A stretch of 64,000 nt of DNA, taken from the NCBI GenBank assembly GCA_964408995.1, contig CAYPBP010000004.1:16618-80617 (forward strand), given 5' to 3'. Positions within the stretch are counted from its first letter, which is position 1. Each line of letters begins with the position of its first letter. The position numbers and the translations under genes were made by a program. This stretch comes from an uncultured Gammaproteobacteria bacterium (GTDB taxonomy: Bacteria; Patescibacteriota; Microgenomatia; UBA12405). Positions 48,024 to 58,032 of this stretch are shown in pieces. The notes below the pieces were generated by a model. The model saw only the letters and a program-made list of their open reading frames with translations. It had not been told where the DNA came from and searched no databases.

Positions 48024-49448
48024 GTGGCAGAAACTATTAATCTAAATAAAATGATTGATAAATATCAAACAAAAAATCAAATTTTAAAAAAAGCAGAAAC
48101 AATTAAAAATAAATCTTTGCGCGAGGTAATTTCTAATGAAGCAATTAAAAATATTGAAAATCAAATCAGCGGATATGGTTTAAAACGTAAGGGTTTTTTA
48201 GGTGATTTAATAGAAAAATATTTTTTTGATATTAATCCAGGAAATATTAGTAAACCAGATTTTAATGTTGCTGGAGTTGAACTAAAAACTACTCCATTAA
48301 AAAGCCACTCACAAAAACAATATGTATCAAAAGAAAGATTAGTTTTTTCAATGATTAACTATGAATCTATTATTGATGAAAAATGGGAATCAAGTTCTTT
48401 CTTAAAGAAGAATAAATCATTATTATTAATGTTTTATTTGTGGATACAAAATCAAAGTATTCTTGAATATAAATTCAAACTTATTCATTTATTAGATTTA
48501 ATTGATGATATTTCTGATGAAGATAAATTTCAAATTCAAAAAGATTGGGAATACATCGTTGCAAAAATTAAAAGAGGTGAAGCCCATTTATTGTCTGAAG
48601 GTGATACATACTATCTTGGAGCTTCTACAAAAGCCACTAATAGCCAAGCAGTACGTAATCAACCATTAAATAATACGCCAGCAAAACCAAGAGCATTTTC
48701 ACTTAAACAGCAGTATATTAATTATCTTATTCAAACAAAATTACTTGGTAACACAATAAATACTGATTCTATATTCAAAAAACAAAGAAGATTAGAAACA
48801 ATTGAAGACGTAATTAAACAAAAATTCTCATTATTTATTGGAAAAACTGATAAAGAAATTTTAACTAGACTAAATTCTAATTTAGGTAAAAAATCAAAAA
48901 GCTATAAGCGATTAATTGTGAATAAAATTCTTGGAGTAAAATCCAATAAGATTGAGGAATTAGATAAAGCAAATGTAACACTTAGAGTTTTGACCTTGGA
49001 ACATACAGGTAATTTAAGAGAATCAATTTCATTTCCTGCTTTTGACTATAAGGATTTAGTGACACAAGTTTGGTATGACGATATAAAAGAAATAATGTCT
49101 GATTTTCATTTACAACTTGAAACTAAAAAATTTTTATTTGTCGTTTTTCAAAAACAAAAAGGAACAAAAAATATAATTTTAAAGAAAATAATATTTTGGA
49201 ATTTTCCAATGAGTGATATTGGTGAAGCTAAAAATGTGTGGCAAAAAACTGTTAATTGTATTAACGAAAATCGTTACAATGATTTACCAAAAACAAAGGA
49301 CAGTAAAATAGCACATGTACGCCCTCATGGAAAAAACTCTAAAGATACAATAGAAACTCCACAACACACACAAGAAATGAAGCGTTGTTTCTGGTTAAAT
49401 GCTAAATATATACAAAATGCCATAAATAACGATGAAAATGAAGCTTGA
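48024..49448 (+). CDS. Type II restriction endonuclease of the Sau3AI/MutH family (predicted GATC-specific)
   Basis: KGFLGDLIEKYF...KPDFNVAGVELKTTPL matches the MutH/Sau3AI catalytic D-x6-E-x-K block (DFAALGVELKTIP in MutH). The 474-aa two-domain size resembles Sau3AI. The GTG start at 48024 is uncertain; an alternative ATG lies at 48051. Confidence 0.75.
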   Translation: MAETINLNKMIDKYQTKNQILKKAETIKNKSLREVISNEAIKNIENQISGYGLKRKGFLGDLIEKYFFDINPGNISKPDFNVAGVELKTTPLKSHSQKQYVSKERLVFSMINYESIIDEKWESSSFLKKNKSLLLMFYLWIQNQSILEYKFKLIHLLDLIDDISDEDKFQIQKDWEYIVAKIKRGEAHLLSEGDTYYLGASTKATNSQAVRNQPLNNTPAKPRAFSLKQQYINYLIQTKLLGNTINTDSIFKKQRRLETIEDVIKQKFSLFIGKTDKEILTRLNSNLGKKSKSYKRLIVNKILGVKSNKIEELDKANVTLRVLTLEHTGNLRESISFPAFDYKDLVTQVWYDDIKEIMSDFHLQLETKKFLFVVFQKQKGTKNIILKKIIFWNFPMSDIGEAKNVWQKTVNCINENRYNDLPKTKDSKIAHVRPHGKNSKDTIETPQHTQEMKRCFWLNAKYIQNAINNDENEA

Positions 49449-49479
49449 TCAATTTGTTTTTATTTGTTAGAATGGCTTT

Positions 49480-50760
49480 ATGAAAAGAATAAAAGTTGTT
49501 GAATTGTTTGCTGGTGTTGGTGGTTTCCATCTTGGTTTTGAAAGAGCAAATAAAAAACTTCGGTTGAAAAAGAATGAAGGATACGAAATTGTATGGGGAA
49601 ATCAATGGGAACCTTCAACAAAAATACAACATGCTTTTGATGTTTATAAAAATCATTTTGTTAAAGCTATAAATCAATATTCTAATACTGATATACATGA
49701 AGTAGTTGAAAAACATTTTAATAAAATTCCCAAACATAATTTACTTGTTGGTGGATTTCCATGTCAAGATTATTCTGTAGCACGTACATTAACCCAAGCA
49801 AAAGGAATTCAAGGAAAAAAAGGTGTTCTATGGTGGGATATAAAAAACATTTTAGAAAAGTCTGGAGACGATAGTCCAGATTATTTAATGTTAGAAAATG
49901 TGGATAGATTACTTAAATCACCCGTAAAACAAAGAGGTCGTGATTTTGCTATTATGTTGTCTTCTCTGGCAAAACTCGGATACGCTGTTGAGTGGAGAGT
50001 AATTAATGCTGCTGATTATGGAATGCCACAGCGAAGAAGGAGAACTTACATTCTTGGCTATAAAAGAGGAACGGACTTATATTCGAAGTTAAAAGAAAAT
50101 AAAGGAATTAAATGGATTAACGAAAAAGGTGTTTTTGCTAAATCATTTCCAATTATTAATATTAAAAATGAGATAAAACCATTTTTAATAGATAAAGATA
50201 TTTTAAAAATAAATGATAATTTTAATAAGAATTCGAGAAAAACTCCATTTGAAATATCAGGATTAATGATAGACAGAGAAATATACACGACAAAAATAAT
50301 TCCAAATTATAATGGTCAAAAAACAATAATAAAAGATATTCTTGATGATGAAAAAGATGTCCCAAAAGAATTTTATATTGATAAATCTAGTTTACCTATA
50401 TGGAAAAAACTTAAAGGTGCTAAAAATGAAAAAAGGAAAACTAAAGATGGATTTGAATATAATTATAGTGAAGGAGGGATGGTATTTCCAGATAAATTAG
50501 ATGGTCCTTCTAGGACAATAGTTACAGGAGAAGGAGGATCATCCCCTTCTAGGTTTAAACATGTTATTAACATAAATGGAAAAAAAAGAAGATTAACACC
50601 TAACGAACTAGAAGCTTTAAATATGTTTCCAAAAGGTCATACTGCACTAGAGAAATCAGTAGTTAAAAGAGCTTTTTTTATGGGAAATGCACTTGTCGTC
50701 GGGGTGATAACTAGATTAGGAGTAGAACTTTTTAAAGAAATAAATAAAAATAGCGCATAA
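49480..50760 (+). CDS. DNA (cytosine-5)-methyltransferase
   Basis: Motif I ELFAGVGGF, motif IV GGFPCQDYS, the ENV motif (LMLENVDRL), QRRRR and motif X GNALVV. Confidence 0.9.
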   Translation: MKRIKVVELFAGVGGFHLGFERANKKLRLKKNEGYEIVWGNQWEPSTKIQHAFDVYKNHFVKAINQYSNTDIHEVVEKHFNKIPKHNLLVGGFPCQDYSVARTLTQAKGIQGKKGVLWWDIKNILEKSGDDSPDYLMLENVDRLLKSPVKQRGRDFAIMLSSLAKLGYAVEWRVINAADYGMPQRRRRTYILGYKRGTDLYSKLKENKGIKWINEKGVFAKSFPIINIKNEIKPFLIDKDILKINDNFNKNSRKTPFEISGLMIDREIYTTKIIPNYNGQKTIIKDILDDEKDVPKEFYIDKSSLPIWKKLKGAKNEKRKTKDGFEYNYSEGGMVFPDKLDGPSRTIVTGEGGSSPSRFKHVININGKKRRLTPNELEALNMFPKGHTALEKSVVKRAFFMGNALVVGVITRLGVELFKEINKNSA

Positions 50761-50843
50761 TGTTTTTATTCCTAATTTTAATGTTGTAGTTAATCTTATA
50801 TTTTCATGATATCCTTTGTTATTAATAATAATGATTCAAATGT

Positions 50844-52106
50844 ATGAATAAACAACAGAGAATAGATGAATTAATAAAAATAAAAAATGATAATAGTTCA
50901 GTGGTAAAATCGGGAATAACTATAAGATATGATGGTGAGTTTAAAACATTTACAACTCATAAAATACCTTTAGAATGTTTAATTTACAATAAGTACAATG
51001 GAAGGATTGGTGCAGCTATTAAATCCTATGAAAAACAATTCAGAGAATTAGATCCAGAAAATAGTAAAGATAAGGATATAATCATTGATTTTCTTTGGAA
51101 ATCAAAAAAAGACAGAAATGAAAAAACTGAAAGAAGCCTTGCCACAGATCATCAAGTTACCTATGGTGTTGTGACAAAAGACGGAATAATTATTGATGGT
51201 AATAGAAGAGCCATGTTATTAAATAAGATTTATAACGAAAGAGACTTATGGCAAAAACAAGGCATTGATGTAGACCACTGTAAATACTTCGAAGCAATAA
51301 TTCTGGATGAAGAATTTGGAGCTAAAGAAATTATGAAGTTGGAGACAACCCTACAAATGGGTCAAGATGAGAAACTTGATTACAACGCCATTGAAAAATA
51401 TCTAAAATGTAAAGACCTGTTGAGTGTCGGATACAGCGAACAAGATATTTCTACAATGATGAGTGAAAGAATTGGTGAAATAAAAAAATACCAATCAAGG
51501 CTTAAAACAATGGAGAGTTATTTGAATTACTGGTCATATGACGGCTTATATACAATGTTAGACAAGCGAGAAGATCAATTCATAACTTTAAATAAATTTT
51601 TATCAACTTATAAAAATGGTAATGGTGCAGCAGATTGGCCATATCAAGACTTTGATGTTAGTGAACTTGAGCAGATAGCTTACAACTATATTCGTGCAGA
51701 ATATGAAGGTAAAGAGTTTAGAAAATTATTTGAGATATTCAAAAAAGGAGATATTTGGAAAAGGTTTAAAGAACGTTATAATAATGCAACTGAAAACTAC
51801 AAAGAACAATTAGTATCTGAAATAAGAGAAAGTACCCCTGATGAGGATATTTCAGAACAGTTAATAGCAAGAGACACAAAATTTAAAGAAACATTAACTA
51901 AAGAATTTGTAGAAAGCATTATTTGGAGTGACGCCCATCTTCGTGAATCAAAAGAAATTGACAAACCATTTGAGCTATTAACTAAATGTATAAACTATTT
52001 AAATAGCATAGATACTAACAGTGATGGTTTTAGTGAGAGTGGAATATATGAAAAAATTGTGGAAATTAACAAAAAATCTTTTGAACTAAAAAAAATGTTT
52101 GACTAG
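50844..52106 (+). CDS. ParB/Srx-fold domain protein, first gene of the putative defence operon
   Basis: KIPLECLIYNKYNGRIG corresponds to ParB box I (...NPR). VTYGVVTKDGIIIDGNRRAMLL corresponds to ParB box II (GxRR, as in DGQHR/DGQQR of DndB/DUF262). Confidence 0.55.
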   Translation: MNKQQRIDELIKIKNDNSSVVKSGITIRYDGEFKTFTTHKIPLECLIYNKYNGRIGAAIKSYEKQFRELDPENSKDKDIIIDFLWKSKKDRNEKTERSLATDHQVTYGVVTKDGIIIDGNRRAMLLNKIYNERDLWQKQGIDVDHCKYFEAIILDEEFGAKEIMKLETTLQMGQDEKLDYNAIEKYLKCKDLLSVGYSEQDISTMMSERIGEIKKYQSRLKTMESYLNYWSYDGLYTMLDKREDQFITLNKFLSTYKNGNGAADWPYQDFDVSELEQIAYNYIRAEYEGKEFRKLFEIFKKGDIWKRFKERYNNATENYKEQLVSEIRESTPDEDISEQLIARDTKFKETLTKEFVESIIWSDAHLRESKEIDKPFELLTKCINYLNSIDTNSDGFSESGIYEKIVEINKKSFELKKMFD

Positions 52107-52111
52107 AATTT

Positions 52112-54073
52112 ATGAACCAAATTTCATTAGATATTGATAAGAATTCAAGTCAACTAATCATTTCTGAAAAAACACCAAATTTTATTCCAAAAGCTAGATT
52201 GTATTTAGAGAATTATTTATCAGCTTCATTAGATAATAATAAATATTTAATACCATACACAGAAACAAATAAATCAATAACTCTTCAAAAAATATCTGAA
52301 TATATTAAGAGGTTTGGATACGAACCAAGATATTCTGAACAATTAGAATGTGAATTTAACCAAATAATAATAGAGGAAAATAATTTCATTAAATTTTCCG
52401 ATAAAGCTGAAAAAATTAGAAACAATAATATTGTAAGTGATGAATTATCAAATTTTATCTCTGTTTTAGAAAGTAAAATGGTTAGAAAGCCATATAAATT
52501 GCAATTATTATCTTCTTTTCATCTTGCATTTTCACAAAATGCATGTAATTTTTCTGTCCCAGGTGCTGGTAAAACAACAGTAGTTTATGGTGCTCTTACA
52601 TACTTGAAATCGTTACCTGACGAGGATAAAAAACATATTGACAAACTATTAGTGATAGGACCTTTAAGTTCTTTTGGTCCATGGGAACAAGAATATGAAA
52701 AATGTTTCAATAGAAAACCAATATCAAAAAGAATTACAAGTAATTTAAGCAAAGGACAAAAAGATGCTATTTTATTTAATCCAGAAAACATAGAATTAAT
52801 CTTAATATCATATCAAGGAGTTATTTCTTCTCAAAAGAATATAAAGTATTTTCTAAAAAATAATAAAGTAATGGTAGTGTTAGACGAAGCACATAAAATC
52901 AAAAATACTAATAGTGGTTTATGGGCAGAGACAATATTGTCATTATCAGAGTTTTGCAAATCTAGAGTTGTTTTAACTGGAACTCCTGTTCCAAACGGAT
53001 ATCAAGATTTATATAACTTATATAAGTTTATTTGGCCTCAAAACAATGTTCTTGGTTTTAATAAATTTCAATTAAAATCACTTACAACCAGTCCAAACCA
53101 GAATATTATTAAAGAATTAATTTTAAGAGCATCACCATTTTTTATTAGAATAACTAAAAAAGATTTAGGCTTACCAAAACCAATAGAGAATAGTCCTATT
53201 TTTTGCAAGATGGGTCAGCAACAGAAAGAAATATACGATTATATAAATGATATATATATGAAATATTTATCTAAACAAAGTTCAAATAATAATTTTTTTG
53301 CTTCGTTACAAAAAGCAAGAATTATTCGTCTCATGCAACTGGCTACCAATCCAAATTTATTAAAAAAACCACTTGATACATTTTATAGAGAACAAGGAAT
53401 CCCTGATAATATTTATATTGACGATACTGAGATAAAAGAAAAAATCTCAAAATATAGTGAGATTCCTGCAAAGTTTATTACTGTCGGTGAAATTATAATT
53501 AATATTTTGAAAAATAGTAGTGAAAAAGTTATAGTTTGGTCAAACTTTATTCAAAATATTAAAGATTTTCAGCAATATTTGCATACTTTGAATATTAATT
53601 CAAAATTATTATATGGAGATATTCCAGTAGATAAAGATGATGATTTACATGATGAAGAAACTAGAGAATCAATTGTTCGAGAGTTTCATAACCCAAATTC
53701 ATCATTTAGAGTAATAATCGCAAACCCATTTGCGGCATCAGAATCGATTTCGTTACACAAAGCTTGTCATAATGCTATTTATATGGATAGAACTTTTAAT
53801 GCAGCTAATTTTATTCAATCGAAAGATCGCATTCATAGAGTAGGTTTAAATGCAGACGATAAAATTAATTATTATTATATAGTTTCAGAGAACACAATAG
53901 ACCTAAGAATTCATGAGAGATTAATTATAAAAGAAAAAAGGATGTTGGAAATTATAGAAAGTCAAGAAATACCATTATTTAAAGAAAACGATTCAGATAC
54001 AGGTACAATAAATGATATAAAAGCAATATTAAACGAATATGAGTATAAATCTAAAGCAAATCATAAATCTTAG
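52112..54073 (+). CDS. SNF2-family (SF2) helicase/ATPase
   Basis: Walker A GAGKTT, DEAH box VVLDEAHKIKN, motif III LTGTPVPNG and motif VI QSKDRIHRVG. Confidence 0.8.
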   Translation: MNQISLDIDKNSSQLIISEKTPNFIPKARLYLENYLSASLDNNKYLIPYTETNKSITLQKISEYIKRFGYEPRYSEQLECEFNQIIIEENNFIKFSDKAEKIRNNNIVSDELSNFISVLESKMVRKPYKLQLLSSFHLAFSQNACNFSVPGAGKTTVVYGALTYLKSLPDEDKKHIDKLLVIGPLSSFGPWEQEYEKCFNRKPISKRITSNLSKGQKDAILFNPENIELILISYQGVISSQKNIKYFLKNNKVMVVLDEAHKIKNTNSGLWAETILSLSEFCKSRVVLTGTPVPNGYQDLYNLYKFIWPQNNVLGFNKFQLKSLTTSPNQNIIKELILRASPFFIRITKKDLGLPKPIENSPIFCKMGQQQKEIYDYINDIYMKYLSKQSSNNNFFASLQKARIIRLMQLATNPNLLKKPLDTFYREQGIPDNIYIDDTEIKEKISKYSEIPAKFITVGEIIINILKNSSEKVIVWSNFIQNIKDFQQYLHTLNINSKLLYGDIPVDKDDDLHDEETRESIVREFHNPNSSFRVIIANPFAASESISLHKACHNAIYMDRTFNAANFIQSKDRIHRVGLNADDKINYYYIVSENTIDLRIHERLIIKEKRMLEIIESQEIPLFKENDSDTGTINDIKAILNEYEYKSKANHKS

Positions 54074-55055
54074 GTCACTTGGTAATCCAGAATTGACGAA
54101 AAAAATAATCAAAACTGTTTATCATTCAAGTAATCCTTTAAAGTTAAGTGATTTAATAATCATATGCAAATTAAGTGGTTATACATTTATTGATGTGGTT
54201 GAGAATAACATCAATATATTAGACCAATTGGGATTATTAAAAATAAATGGAGAGTTTGTAACGATTGGTAAAATCGAAGTAAAACACAACGAAGTTATTT
54301 ATGGAGATATTATTAAATTATTTTTGGATGAAATAACAAATATGGGGAAGTTGTTCGATATATTTAAACCAGAAGGAATATTTTTTGATAATAAATCTCA
54401 ACTCATAGGAATAAAACAAAATTATTTATCATTGAAACATTCTCAAATTAGAGATTTTTTAATTAATTTTGGTTTTTACTCTTCTAACATTGACAAATAT
54501 GATTATTTTATTGACAAGAAGTATGAAGATTACTTCAAAAACATTGTTAGTCTTTCAAAAAAAAAGGAGATTGCGAAAATTAATAAAAAAAATTTTACAT
54601 TAGAACAGTTAAACAGAATATTAGATATTAGAAATGAAATGGGTATGGAAGGTGAAAAAATTGCACTAGAATTTGAATTACTACGATTAGTTGGACATTC
54701 CTTAATCCAGGATATAAAAATTATTTCCGATATAAGTGTTAATAGAGGATATGACATTGTGTCTTTTGATGGACCAGAATCAAAAGAAATAGATAGATAT
54801 ATAGAAGTAAAGTCGTATAGAAATCAACCTAGATTTTTTTGGAGTGAAAATGAGGTCAGAACAGCTGAAAGATTAAGTGAAAAATACTATATATATTTGG
54901 TTAATTTAAGTGATAATAACCATGGAAATAATATTATTATAATCAAAGACCCATTTAAGCACGTATTTGAATCAGTAAACTGGAAAATATCTACAAGTAC
55001 TTGGGAAGTTAATAAAATTAATAATAAATATATTCAACAAACTAATGAATTTTAA
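54039..55055 (+). CDS. DUF3883-like (PD-(D/E)xK-type) domain protein
   Basis: The C-terminus GEKIALEFELLRLVGH...NRGYDIVSFDG...RYIEVKSY...FWSENEVRTAE...YYIYLV matches the DUF3883 pattern as I recall it. It overlaps the SNF2 gene by 35 nt in another frame. Confidence 0.6.
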   Translation: MSINLKQIINLRSLGNPELTKKIIKTVYHSSNPLKLSDLIIICKLSGYTFIDVVENNINILDQLGLLKINGEFVTIGKIEVKHNEVIYGDIIKLFLDEITNMGKLFDIFKPEGIFFDNKSQLIGIKQNYLSLKHSQIRDFLINFGFYSSNIDKYDYFIDKKYEDYFKNIVSLSKKKEIAKINKKNFTLEQLNRILDIRNEMGMEGEKIALEFELLRLVGHSLIQDIKIISDISVNRGYDIVSFDGPESKEIDRYIEVKSYRNQPRFFWSENEVRTAERLSEKYYIYLVNLSDNNHGNNIIIIKDPFKHVFESVNWKISTSTWEVNKINNKYIQQTNEF

Positions 55056-55092
55056 TAAAACTTTTTTTATCTGAATATCTAAATCAAAAAAA

Positions 55093-56619
55093 ATGAACAT
55101 TACCGCTTCAAAACTTTATAATTACATTCAATGTGAACATCGAATTTGGAGAGATATTTATGGCCCACAAGATGAAAAATCTAAGGATACAAATCCTTTT
55201 GTCCAAATGCTTTGGGATAAAGGTGTAGCTCATGAAGAAAACATTGTTGAAGGTTTAGGTCAGATTCTTAATTTAAAAGATGTCGGTACAGAAGAAGAAA
55301 AAATTCAAAAAACTATTGATGCAATGAAAATGGGTGTACCCCTTATTTACCAAGGAGTACTAAGAAATGGTGACTTGTTAGGTATCCCAGATTTACTACA
55401 AAATAATGGCGATGGAACATATTTACCTATCGATATTAAAAGTGGAATGGGAATAGAAGGTGTTGATGAAGAAAATGATAATGATGGAAAATATAAAAAG
55501 CATTATGCTGTTCAATTAGCACTTTATGTTGAAGTATTAATTGCAAATGGGTTTGCTAAAGAACATAAAGGAATGATTATTGATATTGATTCGGAAAAAG
55601 TAATTTATGACCTTGATCAAGAAATGGGGGCTAGAAATCCAATAACTTGGTGGCAGTATTATCAAGAAATAAAACTAAAGGCTACTAGTTTATTGCTAAA
55701 CGAAACTCAAAACAAACCAGCATATTCTGGTAAATGTAAACTATGTCCTTGGTATAAAAGTTGTAAAGATTGGATAAATAAAAAACATGATCCAAGTGCA
55801 ATTTTCTATGTAGGTCGGGCAATGAGAGATACTTTATTTAAAGATTTAGAAATAGAAAGTTATGAAGATATTATTAATATTGATGTTGAACAAGCACTAG
55901 AAAAAAAGAATAAAGAAAAAGGGTTTTTGTATCGAATTGGCAAAGACAGCTTAGAAAAATGCATTAAAAGAGCAAATGTAACAAATAATATTAAAAAACC
56001 AGTTGTTTATATTACCCCCGTCTTTCCAAAAACTTCTTACGAATTATTTTTTGATATTGAAGATGATCCAACTCAGTCTTTTATTTATTTACATGGTGTA
56101 TATGAAAGATCTCCAAAAGAAGAAAGATATGTTTCGTTTGTAGCTGAAGAAAAAACAGGTGCTTCCGAAAAAGAAGCTTGGCTTAATTTTTGGATTTATA
56201 TTAGATCATTACCTAAAGACGATTTTACTGTTTACTATTATTCTCACCACGAAAAAACAACTTACAAAAAAATGAGTCAAAAATATCCTGGGGTAGTAAG
56301 TGATGAAGAGTTAGAATGGTTTTTTAGTCCTGGAAAAGCGGTTGATTTATATTCTGATGTTATTCTAAAAAATACGGATTGGCCTCTAATGAGTTATTCA
56401 CTGAAAGATATTGCTCAATATTTAGACTTTAGTTGGAGAGACAAATCCCCTTCAGGTGCTATGTCAATCGAATGGTTTAATAAATATTTAGAAACTAAGG
56501 ATAAAAAAGATATGGATAGAATTTTGCTTTATAATGAAGATGATTGTAAAGCCACTATGGTTATTAAAGATTTTTTGATATTTCAAGCGATTAAGGAAAA
56601 TAATTATGAAAACAATTAA
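55093..56619 (+). CDS. Cas4/RecB-like Fe-S PD-(D/E)xK nuclease fused to an RNase-H-like (PolB-type) 3'-5' exonuclease domain (TM0106/YprB-like)
   Basis: An N-terminal Cys (YIQCEHRIW), then PIDIKSG (DxK), QLALYVEVL (QxxxY) and the C-terminal triad CKLCPWYKSC. The C-terminus FFDIEDDPTQSFIYLHGV resembles an Exo I motif. Confidence 0.6.
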   Translation: MNITASKLYNYIQCEHRIWRDIYGPQDEKSKDTNPFVQMLWDKGVAHEENIVEGLGQILNLKDVGTEEEKIQKTIDAMKMGVPLIYQGVLRNGDLLGIPDLLQNNGDGTYLPIDIKSGMGIEGVDEENDNDGKYKKHYAVQLALYVEVLIANGFAKEHKGMIIDIDSEKVIYDLDQEMGARNPITWWQYYQEIKLKATSLLLNETQNKPAYSGKCKLCPWYKSCKDWINKKHDPSAIFYVGRAMRDTLFKDLEIESYEDIINIDVEQALEKKNKEKGFLYRIGKDSLEKCIKRANVTNNIKKPVVYITPVFPKTSYELFFDIEDDPTQSFIYLHGVYERSPKEERYVSFVAEEKTGASEKEAWLNFWIYIRSLPKDDFTVYYYSHHEKTTYKKMSQKYPGVVSDEELEWFFSPGKAVDLYSDVILKNTDWPLMSYSLKDIAQYLDFSWRDKSPSGAMSIEWFNKYLETKDKKDMDRILLYNEDDCKATMVIKDFLIFQAIKENNYENN

Positions 56620-57859
56620 AGTATCAATACAAGATGTAAACACACTATTACTTCTAGAGGATGGTCAAAAAGGAGACATAATTGATCTTAAGTCTATTCA
56701 TGATACAGATATTGATAAAACAACAATTGATAATCTTATAAAAGAAATCAGGAACGATGAGTTTAATACACAATTAGAGTCGGCAAAACGGAATATTGAA
56801 AAAGAAAAGTCTCTTGAAGCAGAAATCAAAGAGAAGGATATTATAAATAAAGCTAAAGAGGCACTTACAAAGAAAGATCAGGAAATCATAGCTCTCAACA
56901 TAAAAGTCGAAAACATCGCAAAGCAGGTTGAATCGGATGCTAAGATCAAAGCCCTGGAAGAGAAAAAATATTTAGAGGATGAGTATAGACAAAAAATATC
57001 CGAAAAGGATACCGAGGTTCAAGAAATTAAACATCAAAAAGAACTAAGCGATCAAAAATATCAAGATCAACTCAAAGCAAGCGAAACTGCTTTAGTTTCA
57101 CTAAAAGAAATGCGCTCCAGAATGAGCACTAAGATGATTGGTGAATCATTAGAGACTCACTGTGAGAATGAATTTAATAAACTTCGACCACTTGCCTTTC
57201 CTAATGCTAAATTTAATAAAGATAATCAGATATCGGACTCTGGATCTAAAGGTGATTATGTTTATCGAGAGTCAGACGATGATGGCAACGAAATTCTATC
57301 AATTATGTTTGAAATGAAAAATGAAGATAATGCAACTACTACTAAGAAAAAGAATAAGGACTTTTTCAAAGAATTGGACAAAGACCGACGTGAGAAAAAC
57401 TGTGAATATGCGGTTTTGGTTAGCCTTCTTGAAAAAGATAATGAATACTATGACGATATAGTTAATGTCTCTGATTATCCCAACATGTATTCTATCCGAC
57501 CTCAACATTTTATAACTATAATTGGCTTTTTGCGCCAAGGTAATCTAAAATCCCAAGAATTGAGAAAAACTATTTTTATTCTTAAGAATCAAAATATCGA
57601 TGTAACTAATTTTGAGGCTAATATGAATGCATTTAAAGATGCCTTTGATAGAAACTATAATTTAGCTTCAGAACAATTTAGTGACGCTATTAAAGAAATC
57701 GACATTACTATTAAGCACCTTAATAAAGTGAGGGAGAACTTACTTAAATCTGATAACAACCTAAGGCTAGCCAACAGTAAAACATCAGAATTAACAATAA
57801 AAAAATTAACGGCTAATAGTCCGAGTGTTGCCAAGGCATTTGAGGATAATACTAAATAG
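56606..57859 (+). CDS. Coiled-coil protein with a C-terminal PD-(D/E)xK-like region (DUF2130/RmuC-like)
   Basis: A long coiled coil followed by GESLE...F...KGDYVYRE...ILSIMFEMKNE (D...ExK). The overall pattern is as in DUF2130/RmuC. It overlaps the upstream gene by 14 nt. Confidence 0.5.
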   Translation: MKTIKVSIQDVNTLLLLEDGQKGDIIDLKSIHDTDIDKTTIDNLIKEIRNDEFNTQLESAKRNIEKEKSLEAEIKEKDIINKAKEALTKKDQEIIALNIKVENIAKQVESDAKIKALEEKKYLEDEYRQKISEKDTEVQEIKHQKELSDQKYQDQLKASETALVSLKEMRSRMSTKMIGESLETHCENEFNKLRPLAFPNAKFNKDNQISDSGSKGDYVYRESDDDGNEILSIMFEMKNEDNATTTKKKNKDFFKELDKDRREKNCEYAVLVSLLEKDNEYYDDIVNVSDYPNMYSIRPQHFITIIGFLRQGNLKSQELRKTIFILKNQNIDVTNFEANMNAFKDAFDRNYNLASEQFSDAIKEIDITIKHLNKVRENLLKSDNNLRLANSKTSELTIKKLTANSPSVAKAFEDNTK

Positions 57860-58032
57860 TAAAAGATTACTATAACTGGTCACGATTGTTATTTTTGTAA
57901 TTATAAAAAAGTAACTTAAGAGATTGAATAAGACTTTATTTTAAAATAAATTGAGTAATTTTATTCATAGTAGTAAGATAGGCCAATAGATTAGCTGGTA
58001 GTTTGATCTAATAAATAATTTTGATTAAATAA

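Noticed and set aside
50844-57859. Assignment of the defence operon to the DISARM, Dpd (7-deazaguanine) or Druantia systems
   Set aside because: DISARM needs DrmA/DrmB (DUF1998) and a PLD nuclease. Dpd needs the TGT-like DpdA and preQ0 synthesis genes inside the cluster. Druantia needs a DUF1998 helicase. None is present, and only an SNF2 helicase and a ParB-like protein are shared. The YhhQ preQ0-transporter-like gene at 31877 is 20 kb away and outside the island.
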